Below are positions 39,259-49,048 of a stretch of 64,000 nucleotides of DNA, one piece after another. Source of the DNA: an uncultured virus (IMG/VR IMGVR_UViG_3300037418_002719) (taxonomy: Duplodnaviria; Heunggongvirae; Uroviricota; Caudoviricetes); the IMG/VR virus record IMGVR_UViG_3300037418_002719; one strand, given 5' to 3'. The position numbers and the translations under genes were made by a program. The notes under the pieces are model-generated. The model was not told where the DNA came from. It ran no database searches and saw only the letters and a list, made by a program, of their open reading frames with translations. How positions within the stretch are numbered: position 1 is the stretch's first letter; each line of letters begins with the position of its first letter.

Positions 39259-40430
39259 CCAGAACTGATCCCGCAGTCTTCAACCTGCCGGTGCAGAAGC
39301 TCCGCGACGGATACTATGCGGACGCGTACTTCAACCGTGCTCGTGAACTCCTCATCGCCAACGGGCGTCATCCTCGCGTCGTGATGCAGGTCTTCCAGCG
39401 AGAGCACAGCTTCGCTGGTGGTGTCGACGAGGCCATCGCGATGCTGAAGCTCGGCGCTGGCGGCTACTACAAGTACACAGGCTGCATGTGGGACGCGCCC
39501 GGCGAGTGCGAGCCCTCTTGCCCGTGTCCGTATCGCTGGCGGCGGGTACCGGCCGGAGGCGACGGCGTCGCTTGGCGTGACGGCTGGGGCGATCTAACCG
39601 TGAAGGCGCTTCACGAGGGCGACGAGATCTCGCCATGGGAGCCGGTGCTTCAGATCGAGGGCGACTACACGCTGTTCGCGCATCTGGAGACCACGATGCT
39701 GGGCGTGATGGCGCGCCGCAGCCTCGTGATGCGTAACGTCAAGGAGGCCATCGCGGCGGCGAACGGAAAGCCGATTTGGTTCTTCCCCGCGCGACACGAC
39801 CACTGGGCAGTTCAAACCGGTGACGGAATCGCAGCGCACCAGGCCGGCATCGAAGGCGTCTCTACCGACGCCGGAGCCTCATGGTGGGGCGGACGCGGCA
39901 TGGGCACGATCCCGCACGCCTTGATTGCCGCCTATGGCGGCGACACCGTCGCGGCGGCGCGCGAGTTTGCTCAACGCTACAAGGACTCCATGAACGTCAC
40001 CGTGCTCGTCGACTTCCACAACGACTCCGTGGGCACAGCGCTCCGGGTTGCGGAGGAACTTGGCGACGACTTGTGGGGCGTGCGCCTCGACACCTCCAGC
40101 AACCTCGTCGACTATTCGATCGCCAGCGATCTCGATTACGGCGAATACTCACCGACTGGCGTCAATCCTCGGCTCGTCGAGCTTGTCCGGGAGGCGCTCG
40201 ACGACGAGGGCTTCGAGCATGTCAAGATCGTCGTCTCCGGAGGCTTCAAAGCCGCCAAGATACGCGAATTCGAGCGCCTCCAGGTGCCCGTCGATGCCTA
40301 CGGTGTGGGAAGTTCACTGATCCGCGGGTCCAACGACTACACCGCCGACATCGTCATGACGGACAACGAGATGTGCGCAAAGGTCGGCCGTTGGGTGCGC
40401 GATGACTCACGCCTGGAGGCCGTGAAATGA
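39255..40430 (+). CDS. pncB: Nicotinate phosphoribosyltransferase (type II PRTase, PncB-like)
   Basis: YYADAYF, HLETTMLG, GTIPHALI, VLVDF.ND, GVRLDT, IVVSGG, YGVGS, TADIV..AKVGR. Confidence 0.88.
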   Translation: MTRTDPAVFNLPVQKLRDGYYADAYFNRARELLIANGRHPRVVMQVFQREHSFAGGVDEAIAMLKLGAGGYYKYTGCMWDAPGECEPSCPCPYRWRRVPAGGDGVAWRDGWGDLTVKALHEGDEISPWEPVLQIEGDYTLFAHLETTMLGVMARRSLVMRNVKEAIAAANGKPIWFFPARHDHWAVQTGDGIAAHQAGIEGVSTDAGASWWGGRGMGTIPHALIAAYGGDTVAAAREFAQRYKDSMNVTVLVDFHNDSVGTALRVAEELGDDLWGVRLDTSSNLVDYSIASDLDYGEYSPTGVNPRLVELVREALDDEGFEHVKIVVSGGFKAAKIREFERLQVPVDAYGVGSSLIRGSNDYTADIVMTDNEMCAKVGRWVRDDSRLEAVK

Positions 40431-42889
40431 ATCAGCGTGTCCGAGTCAAGGTCGGCGTACCCTGCGGCGACTGGCACTACTTCCATGCGACGAGCCGCCA
40501 CGAGGCCGACGAATGGGTCGACACACTGAGAGCCGAGCTTCTCGCCGTTGGCGTCGTACCAAAGATCTACATGTACGCAGATACATCACTCGGCCACATC
40601 AGAATCGACAACAACGAATAGGACCACCAATGGGCGCATATCACCTTACTAGACACCGAACCTCTCACAATTGGCCGCGCACAGCGCCAGACGTGAGGAC
40701 GTGGCGTATCCACACTAGCGCTCCTCCGGACGAGGTAATCCAGGACTGGTCCGAAGAGCACGCCGCGCTGCTACAGAAGTCCGACGTAGTGATTCTCTTT
40801 CGAGAGCACGACGGTAAGTTCTTCACAGCAACCGTGGACTCTGTCGTGGATCGACCGAGGGTGCGGTTCGTTTGAGGCCGCCGGTGAGGTCGTTGTGAAG
40901 TTAGTTATCGACATCGCACTCGTTCTACTCGCGTATCGCTGCGGGCGGCGCGATGAACGTCAAGGGCGTCGCTATTGGGGCGGTCGATGAGCTTCGTCGT
41001 CATGATCGCCATTCACCGCGATGTGCTCCCTCCGGTGCTCGGTATGCGCGACCTCGTCAACATCAACCTACGCGGCGGCTACGATGCGCTGCTAACGTTC
41101 AACAACCCTGCGTCGTTCGAGCGCACGGTCGACGAGGTTCGTCGGCGCACACACGAGCAGCCGTTGAGCGCCTCCCACTCTGACAACGGGTTCCGCGACG
41201 CCTCGATGATGAGATACACGCCGTTCACTAACGGATACGACTGGTCAAAGGCGCGCGTCGATGCGATCCCTGCTGAAAAGCGTTGCTCGAAATGCAAGGG
41301 CCACGGAACCGACGTCATCCTTGCCTCCAACGGCGGCGTCGGCGAGGTCGTAGATTGCTGGCCGTGTCAGGGAACGGGAAGGAAGGCATGACCCTCTACG
41401 AGGCGATACAGGTGTTGTTGCGATTCTACTCTTGGGATTTCGGTGACCGCAGTAACGGCCTGTACGATCAGACGTTGCGCACTGAGCTTGCTCAGCTAAT
41501 CGACTCGGCGGACCTAGGCGACGTGCGGGTGACGCTCGGACGATTCGTTCGCGAAGAGTTCTTGAGCGATGAGTCTCTCAACGCAGGCTACGGACCTGAA
41601 GACGTGCTGGGTTTCCTGGACTGGTTCTACGCAGGAGATTTCAGACCGTGAGCATCTCTCACAAGGAGACACTTGACCAGATCAAGTACAACAACCCCAA
41701 CATCGAGGTCAACCAGAGGTGGTCTATCTGCGATGACGGCGGTCGACCATACAGGGTGCTGAGAGTTCTCTGTCGCCACCCCGATGATGGTGAGGACGGA
41801 CGACGTCGTTGGGTTTGTGAGGAGCAGCCCGCGCACTTGGGGTTCAAGGGTGTCGGTATCTGGCCCGAGTACAACCTCCGACGCTCGTTCACTCTTCAGT
41901 GACTGAGCTAGGATCGTGGTACCCAGGGAAGCGGTGTCCAAGAGAGGCAGAGCTTCCGTTGGATCTGATGGTGAGAATGCTGATGGACGACCGGCGCATG
42001 GTTGCCGGTCGCGTCGTGTATACGCCGCTTCAGGTCGCAGCCATCTACGCGAACTACAGCCACAAGTACGTCAAGGACGAGGACACGAGAGATTTGATCC
42101 GCCGCCTGCTTCAGATCCACGGCCGCGCCGTCGACCGCAACGAGCCCCTACCAGAGGAGATGGAGTTGTGAACGTAAACGAATGGATCAACCGCATCGAT
42201 CGACTACGACGCGAGGACGAGCTTCTCGCGGCCGGCGAATGGCACGGCTATCTGAGTGAATTCGGCAGCCCGCCGCCGATGCGCGGTCGGTATGTTCTCG
42301 CGCGTTGGCGACATCCGACCGTGCTGGTCTCACACGACGACCCAGACGAAGCGGTCAAGCTAGCGCGACGCATCGAACGCACGGCGATGTGGAAGTACAT
42401 CGATCGAGAAGAGCGCCCCGCCGTGTGGGCGCAGGAGGTTGAATAGCGATGCCTGACTACAACGACGCCATCAAGGTCGTCGAAGACCTAGTCGCTGAGG
42501 AGATCGCATTGGCGAACAAGTTCTGCGCTGCCGATCCTCCTGGTTGGTCGCGCCTCGGTCTCAGCAGCGCGTCTGGTGCGCGTCTGCACGCGTTCCAAGA
42601 GGTCAAGCGGCGGCTCATCTGCCGCATCGAAAGTGACATCCGTGAGGAGGCTTGTATTATCGTCCAGTGGTCGGACGACGTCTCTGAGTGGTTCGCCTAC
42701 TGCCGCAAGTGCGGCAAGCGAGTCAGCAACGCCTACGCTGTGCGACACGAGCTAGACGATTTTGGCAGATATGTCGACTGCGGCGTCGAGTTCAAGTTCG
42801 TAACCACGCCCTACATTGGCGAGCTACGCGAGCAGGTCAAGCAGTTGCGCAACGACCTTACCTTCATTGATGTAGACTTTGCTGGATGA
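40427..42889 (+). CDS. Run of small hypothetical genes (40427-40621, 40630-40875, 40987-41391 with DnaJ-type CxxCxGxG, 41388-41651, 41648-41902, 41899-42171, 42168-42446, 42449-42889)
   Basis: Chained overlapping + strand ORFs. Confidence 0.6.
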
Positions 42890-43051
42890 GCAATGTCCTC
42901 GACATGAGAGGTGACGAGTTCCGCGCCCACATGGCTGAGTTGGACCGCATACTGCGTACCCACTCGTGGCTATACGGCCAAGCATCTGTTCGGTGCACAA
43001 TGTGTGGTGCTAGTCGCGGCTCTGAGGAGGCGCGTAAGGAGTGCCGCTTCG

Positions 43052-43378
43052 GTGCGTGAACGAGTACTGCATCTGACGCGCGACGATTTCCGGTGGGACT
43101 ACTATCGTGCCAGCGGCGCTGGCGGCCAGAACCGCAACAAGCGCGATACCGCTGTTCGGTGTACGCATGAGCCGTCCGGCGCGGTTGGTAACGCTGCCGA
43201 CGAACGAACGCAGGGCAAGAACCGTAAGCTGGCGTTCCAGCGCTGCACCTCCGACCCTGCGTTCCGTCGCTGGCTTGCCGTCGAGCACGCAAGGGTCGTC
43301 CTGGGGCGCGAGACCTGGCTGGATCAACAAATGCGCCCCGAGAATCTCATCATCGAGTATGGACCATTCCCCGACTAG
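43052..43378 (+). CDS. RF-1 domain (GGQ) peptidyl-tRNA hydrolase-like protein
   Basis: [25 protein letters not shown]...[15 protein letters not shown] start at 43052. Confidence 0.88.
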   Translation: MRERVLHLTRDDFRWDYYRASGAGGQNRNKRDTAVRCTHEPSGAVGNAADERTQGKNRKLAFQRCTSDPAFRRWLAVEHARVVLGRETWLDQQMRPENLIIEYGPFPD

Positions 43379-43408
43379 GGACGTGCAGTGGGTACTGATT
43401 TAGGACGC

Positions 43409-43450
43409 AAAGAAGCCCTGAAGGCAACCACCCTCAGGGCTTTCTTGTTG
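43409..43450. terminator. Bidirectional terminator at the convergence of the two arms
   Basis: AAGCCCTGA/TCAGGGCTT stem flanked by A-rich and T-rich tails. Confidence 0.75.
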
Positions 43451-43452
43451 CG

Positions 43453-44626
43453 CTAATTGATGATGAGCTTGCCGATGTCGGCGAGCGTTTCGACCTTGGT
43501 GTAGTTCTGTACGCCGGGTGTGCGCGAGGCCTCGATGACGATCTCGTCGGAGTCTCCGTAACCATACCTGACGCGGAACTCGATACCGTCGACCCTGAAG
43601 ATGGCCTGACGCTTGAGACGGTTACCGCCCATGTGCTCGCGATCAAACTTCACCGCATCAACGTCCTCACGCGGAACGTCAAGCTCAAACATGAGAAACT
43701 CGCAAGCGGCCTTCTCAAGCTCAGCGTCCTGACGATCTAGTTCGGCGCGCTGAACCTCTACCTGAGCCTCGCGGGCTGCGACAGCACGGTCGCGAAGCGA
43801 GCCACGGCGCGCCCCCTCGATGATGTCCTCGGGACTCAGGTTAGAAAAGTCAAAGTCTTCAACGCTCACGATGAAGTCCTCGTAGATCGAAGATCGCAGA
43901 CTGTGCGATCGTTTGCTCAGAAAGTCCGCGATGCGCGTACTTGCGGTACCCAGCGTCAGCGCAGTCCCAGCAGCGAGGACCCAGCAGGCTCTTTGGATAG
44001 AACTTGCCCCAGAAGATGACCGCTGCCGGCGCATGACAGGGACTTGTCGTGTACTCAAATGTGCTCTCCTTCTCAGCCCGACAAAACTCTACGACCGGGC
44101 CGGCGGCGACCGCGTTGATTGTCATCGTTATCTGGTCGGTAAAACTAGCCAAGCCGAATCCTCTCCTTCCAGCGTCCGCACGAGCACTTACCGGGACTCT
44201 CGGTGAGTGAACCCCAACAATCCTCACCGCCGTCATCGCTGTCCCAGTCCGGGCAGCGAAATCCATCCACGGCAACCCAGTTCTGATTCAGGATGTCGAG
44301 CATGCGCTTATAGAGGATGTCTACGGCGTTGTGGTCAACGTCATCGTAGTCAACGTCAAGATGTAGGTCGCCGGGTCCTGAGATGGCAAAGCTCTTACCG
44401 TGATAGCCGCGACCGGGTTGATCAAGAAGCCTAAATGGCGGCATCAGTTGTACTGCGACCGTTCGGTCGGATAGGCACACACGATGATCTCGTGGATCGT
44501 GTGGTCGACCTTTGTGCCGTAGTTGTCGAACAGCCGCTTCGACCGAGGCACGGTATCGTCCTGGTGCTTGATCTCAGCGACCGCCTTACGCACTGTGTCT
44601 CCGTCTGGCGTGAAGTTGATCTTCAT
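43453..44626 (-). CDS. Run of small hypothetical genes (ending at 43453, 43859, 44145 and 44444)
   Basis: Consecutive - strand ORFs; starts uncertain. Confidence 0.5.
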
Positions 44627-45354
44627 CAGAATCCCATCCTGATTCGATAGACAAGGTCGTTGATTTTGTCAATGTCGGGCTCGTCGGGGAGCTTGGAGTC
44701 AGCGGCGGCGTTGTCGAGATTGATCAACATGGCCTCGGCGATTGACTCAACCTCGTCGAGATCCTTCTCGGCTACACCCTTGAGCCACTCCACCTGAAGT
44801 GGCTGTAAGCGCACCAAGACCTCGCCGTGCTTGAGGGCGTGGACGCCGGCCATGAGCAGCCGTAGCGTGTGAAGCTTGAACTTGGTGCGCTTATGGTGAC
44901 TCGCGCCGCGAGAACCACCAGTTCCCTCACGTGCCTTACGTAGCTGCGACACGGCGTAGCCGCCGTAGGTGTGGGCGATGCGCTTCGAGAGGAAGAGGCC
45001 GCGGTTATTGATGAGTTGGCCGCCGGCCGAGTAGGCATCGATCACGGTGTCGTCGGACCACAGCATCTCCAACGCTGTTGGGTTCGCCTTCGCTGCGAGT
45101 CGAGCGAAGTGCGCTAGCTCGTAGACGACGACGTCTGCGTCCTCGGCGATGTGGTTGAGTTCGAGCGAGTCCTTAGCGCCGCCCAGGGAGAGAACCCTAG
45201 GAAGCCCAGCCACGTAGACGCCTCGAAAATCGTGATCCGAGTCGGCGTGATTGGTTCCGTAGGCCCGGCTGCCAGTGCGTGAGACGAGAGCAAGTTCGCC
45301 GCCCGCGGCCTCTGCGTGTGGCTCAATGAGAGCAAAGAAGTCGTCGGTGGTCAT
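44626..45354 (-). CDS. Pol-beta superfamily nucleotidyltransferase (RlaP/YcgL-like)
   Basis: GSRAYGTNHADSDHDFRGVY, YELAHF...KANPTALEMLW, YGGYA..QL, H.LRLL, SKLPDEPD. Confidence 0.85.
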   Translation of the reverse strand: MTTDDFFALIEPHAEAAGGELALVSRTGSRAYGTNHADSDHDFRGVYVAGLPRVLSLGGAKDSLELNHIAEDADVVVYELAHFARLAAKANPTALEMLWSDDTVIDAYSAGGQLINNRGLFLSKRIAHTYGGYAVSQLRKAREGTGGSRGASHHKRTKFKLHTLRLLMAGVHALKHGEVLVRLQPLQVEWLKGVAEKDLDEVESIAEAMLINLDNAAADSKLPDEPDIDKINDLVYRIRMGF

Positions 45355-46282
45355 AGTTCCTTGTAGGTAGTTGGCTGATCAAGCCAGCGTTGATGATCTT
45401 CGAGCGCGAGCATACGATTGCGTAGATTCTGTTCGGCCTCGTCGCGCGTGTAGCCCCAGCCGTAGTAGATATCGGTTTGCTCGCGCCGCCAGAAGAACAG
45501 ACCCTTAGTCTCTAGCCAGGCGTTGTAGCCCTGGCCCATTGCTGGTTCGATGGTGATCCTCTGCATCAGTACTTCCAAAGGTCGCGGCAGCCGGTCACTA
45601 GCGTCGCTGCGAACCAGGCGATGACATCGCGCCTCTGTGCCAAGCGGCACCGCAGACGACGAGGCGTCCAGCCGCCGAACGGATACGGCTCGATCACGTA
45701 GCGCTCGCCGTCAATGTCCTCGAAGTAGCGCGAATATTCGTCGAGTCCATACCTGTAAGGATTGAAACGCGCTAGCGTTGATCGTAGTCTACGCATCGAA
45801 GACGAAACTCGACTCGGTGATGATGTCAACTACGACGTCAGCGAGTTGCCCTTCGAGATTCAGGTAAACCTCGTTGCGGAAGTCCTGCGATCCGAAGCTC
45901 TGTTCGTCCATAGCCTGCCCGATCATCTGTGCTGCGCCATAGGCGGCGTCACGGATGACGTCGTGGAGGCTGTTGGTGATTTCGACCGGCAGCGACATTC
46001 TCAGAAACCCATTTCGTCTAGTGATGGTCTCGGGTCCGAGAGCGAGACGACCTCGTCACCGCTACATCCCCAGGGTTCGGCACAAGGTACATGATGCGGA
46101 CACGGCCGAGCGACACGCTTCTTGCGGCGCTTCTTGAGCAACTCGGCTGCCTTATGCGGCTCCATGAAGAGATCGAAGGCGCTCTTGCAGTCAGGGCAGA
46201 AGTCACGATCGTCTACCTCGTACGACTCGCCATTGATTTCGTGACCGCAACGATCACACTCCGTCACGTAACGCGACGCCAT
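45351..46282 (-). CDS. Run of small hypothetical genes (45351-45566, one ending at 45566, 45789-45998, 46001-46282 Zn-finger CDRC/CPDC)
   Basis: Consecutive - strand ORFs. Confidence 0.5.
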
Positions 46283-46283
46283 G

Positions 46284-47630
46284 TCAGTCCTTGTACTTGT
46301 CGACAACGCCGCTGCCAGCCATGGCAACGCCGATCGGTCGGAGCGAGTGCTTGACTTCGACGTAGTCGGCGTGCGCGGATAGTACCTCTGGCAGCCGCTT
46401 GTAGGCCTCGGGTGCCTCGTCGGCGTCGCCGCCGCGAAGTTCGATGCCCTGTCGGCGCAGGCGCCTCTGGACAGCCTTCCAGTCGACGCGGCCCTCGCGC
46501 TCAGTGACCCACTGCTTGCCGACGCCATCAACGGCACTGCACCCTGGACATCCGTACGTCCAGGCGGGCTCTCCACGCTGTTGCAGGTTGCCGCAGTTGT
46601 GGCAGAACCAGCGCTTGCGCTGCTTGCCCTTGGCCTCGGTGCGCGACATCACACGTCCTGCTCCGTGCGGGGCGGACCAGATGGCCGAGTATCCAGCGAC
46701 CAGCACGTCGTCATCCGGGCTGCGCGTTTCCGCGTACTTGCCCTCGATGATCACGGCGTTTTCACCCATCGAGCCGCCAACAAAGCCCTGCTGGCCTGGA
46801 TACAACGGCGTCGAGCCCTTGCGGACCACCCAACAATCCACACCGTTCACGTTTTCCAACCATGAGAAGTTGTGATGGTTGTGGACCTCATGCATCACGG
46901 CCGGTGACCCCAGGATCTCCAAGACCTTGTCGACGACGACGTCGCGGCCCGCGTAGGCGTACTCGCCCGCAAGATTCATAGCCTCGATGTAGTTGTAGCC
47001 AAGAGGCGAGTTCTTATGCAGCAGTACAGGCGGCGAGTGCATCTCGCCGCCGTCGGCGTGACCGTCGAACGACTTGCCTTGTGCGAGCGCAAGGAAGCCG
47101 GAGGCGATCTTGTGGCCGAAGCCGCGCGAGCCGAAATGAACGCCGATCCAGATACGATCGGTGCCTTCTTCGGCGAAGAGATCGACGTAGTGGTTGCCGG
47201 AACCGACGGTGCCTAGCTGGGCGCGGGCGGTGCCGAGCAGGTTTCGGACGCCTGGCATCGGAGACTCGCGGTTGATGCGATCGAAGATCTCGTGATCGAC
47301 AGGCTCGTCGTTCGGTCGTCCCATGCCGAAGCTGATGCGTCGCGCGATCTCGTCCATGATCTTCGGCATGTCAGCCTTGACATCGCCGAGGAATAGGTTC
47401 GTCGACACGGCCTTGTTGCCGCAGCCGATGTCGTAGCCTACCGAGGACGGAGACACGTAATCCTCGTAGGCGATGACACCTCCGATGGGAGCAGAGTAGC
47501 CGAGGTGGTGGTCTGCGCAGAGGACCCCAGCGACCGCGTCGCCGGCCTCCATGCAGGTCTTGATCTGCTTGATCGCGCCCGCGTCTGGATCTAGCCCGTT
47601 GGGCGTGAAGACTGTGAGGTTGTCGAACAT
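46284..47630 (-). CDS. rtcB: RtcB 3'-phosphate/5'-OH RNA ligase with a Zn-ribbon insert
   Basis: ADHHLGY, GYDIGCG, GSGNHY, HFGSRG.GH, HNHHN, RKGST, HGAGRVMSR, DEAPEAYK. Confidence 0.95.
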   Translation of the reverse strand: MFDNLTVFTPNGLDPDAGAIKQIKTCMEAGDAVAGVLCADHHLGYSAPIGGVIAYEDYVSPSSVGYDIGCGNKAVSTNLFLGDVKADMPKIMDEIARRISFGMGRPNDEPVDHEIFDRINRESPMPGVRNLLGTARAQLGTVGSGNHYVDLFAEEGTDRIWIGVHFGSRGFGHKIASGFLALAQGKSFDGHADGGEMHSPPVLLHKNSPLGYNYIEAMNLAGEYAYAGRDVVVDKVLEILGSPAVMHEVHNHHNFSWLENVNGVDCWVVRKGSTPLYPGQQGFVGGSMGENAVIIEGKYAETRSPDDDVLVAGYSAIWSAPHGAGRVMSRTEAKGKQRKRWFCHNCGNLQQRGEPAWTYGCPGCSAVDGVGKQWVTEREGRVDWKAVQRRLRRQGIELRGGDADEAPEAYKRLPEVLSAHADYVEVKHSLRPIGVAMAGSGVVDKYKD

Positions 47631-47721
47631 CTGGCCTCCGTGTTGCGTTTCGAGGTTGATGAAGTTATACCGATCGCAGGCGTCTTTTGCTTCCGAATCG
47701 ACGGCTAGAGAAGCCTAGCAG

Positions 47722-48096
47722 CTACTCATCGTCGGCGTCAACCGGAAGAACTGCGAGGCGCTCGACGTAGCGTTCCTGTTCGGCGACGAGACCGTCACGG
47801 AACTTGGTCAACAGATCGAGCATCGTGTTGACCTTGTGGAGGTCGTTGGCGCGCGAGTCAGGGTCAGCGATGTCGAAATCGAACGACACGCTGCGCGTGC
47901 AATCGGCGACCTGGAGCGTGATCCAGGGCCGGGCGTTCCAGCGTTGAAGTTCTTCACCTTCGCCGTTCTTGCCTTTCTTCCAACGAGATGTGTCTTCGAT
48001 CTCGGCGACGAGCGCTCCGGTGGAATGGTGACCGGGCAGATTCAGCATTGCGCGCCCACCATGGAAGCGGCGGCGCTGCGAGGGGCGTCGGGCCAT
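47722..48096 (-). CDS. Hypothetical protein (leaderless)
   Basis: TGC-TACTCT 6 nt before ATG 48096. Confidence 0.65.
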   Translation of the reverse strand: MARRPSQRRRFHGGRAMLNLPGHHSTGALVAEIEDTSRWKKGKNGEGEELQRWNARPWITLQVADCTRSVSFDFDIADPDSRANDLHKVNTMLDLLTKFRDGLVAEQERYVERLAVLPVDADDE

Positions 48097-48115
48097 CGCT
48101 GAAGAGTAGCAGAAC

Positions 48116-48141
48116 GACAAAGGCCGCCTCGTTGGGCGGCC
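48116..48141 (-). terminator. Terminator after the lysis cassette
   Basis: GGCCGCC/GGCGGCC stem followed by TTTGT on the - strand. Confidence 0.6.
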
Positions 48142-48253
48142 AATGCCGAGATTGGGATCACCTCCAGCTAGGAACGACCACGGCGGCGTCGGTCTTCCGT
48201 CACTGGCATCACCTCCTCCCGAAGGTGTCCGGGCGCTGCCCGGCGTGGGTGGC

Positions 48254-48520
48254 CTAGGACTCTACGTGGGGAACGCCCTTCTTGGCGATACCCCGGGAGA
48301 GCACGTACGCCACCACGGCGGCAATGGAGGAAAGGTCCCCGTACTTGGACGGGAGGTGGAGGACCTGGAGTTGGGAAGCGATGACCCAGGCGATGGTGAT
48401 CCAGAACTCAGTTGTTCGGTAGCCAGCCTTGGCCTCCTTGATCACCTGCGGCAACTCAGCGATGACTTGCTGGATCGCCTCGGTGTCGGGAGCGTCGGGG
48501 GTTACTACTGAATCGGGCAT
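48254..48520 (-). CDS. Holin (putative)
   Basis: GYRTTEFW motif, two hydrophobic helices, Y.LSRG.AK; downstream of the lysozyme. Confidence 0.75.
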   Translation of the reverse strand: MPDSVVTPDAPDTEAIQQVIAELPQVIKEAKAGYRTTEFWITIAWVIASQLQVLHLPSKYGDLSSIAAVVAYVLSRGIAKKGVPHVES

Positions 48521-48568
48521 TTCGTCTCCTGATAGAAGGACTAGTACTTGATTCTATCGAATCACGTG

Positions 48569-49048
48569 CTAGATCTTGCCGCTCTTGAGGTACTTGGTTG
48601 CGGCTGCGTAGCCCTGAACGATCACGAGTCGTTCGGCGCGGCGGCGGCGCGTTAGGCCGGCCAACGGGTGCCCTCCGGCCTTGTCCCACGCTAGGATTGC
48701 CGTAGCCGCCATTCCCCAATGACCGCCGCGGAGCAGCTTACCAACCGTGGTGGACGAACTCAGCGCGCCCGTACCGACGTTATAGACAAAGCTCGTGAAT
48801 CCGTCGATCTGGCGTTGTGTGAGATGTGGGTTCACCGCCAACACGGCGGGCAGATAGTCACGGTTGAGACGGCGGCGTAGCTGCCGTAGTGCTTGGAGGC
48901 GAGTCACTCGGCGGGTATGCGGTCCCACGCCTTCGGTCTCACCAAAGCCGATCGTCCAAACGCCCACAGAGTCACGATACGGACGGGCCGAGAAGCCCTC
49001 GAAGTGCGAAACCAGCAGGACGCACTTCCAGGAAACGCGCTTGGCCAT
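48569..49048 (-). CDS. Endolysin, GH24 (T4/P22-type) lysozyme
   Basis: FEGFSARPYRDSVGVWTIGFGET (E-D-T triad), FVYNVG, GLTRRRRAE. Confidence 0.92.
   Translation of the reverse strand: MAKRVSWKCVLLVSHFEGFSARPYRDSVGVWTIGFGETEGVGPHTRRVTRLQALRQLRRRLNRDYLPAVLAVNPHLTQRQIDGFTSFVYNVGTGALSSSTTVGKLLRGGHWGMAATAILAWDKAGGHPLAGLTRRRRAERLVIVQGYAAATKYLKSGKI

Noticed and set aside
47692..47702. TCCGAATCGAC identical to 11127-11137
   Set aside because: An 11-nt match is expected by chance in 64 kb and does not extend.
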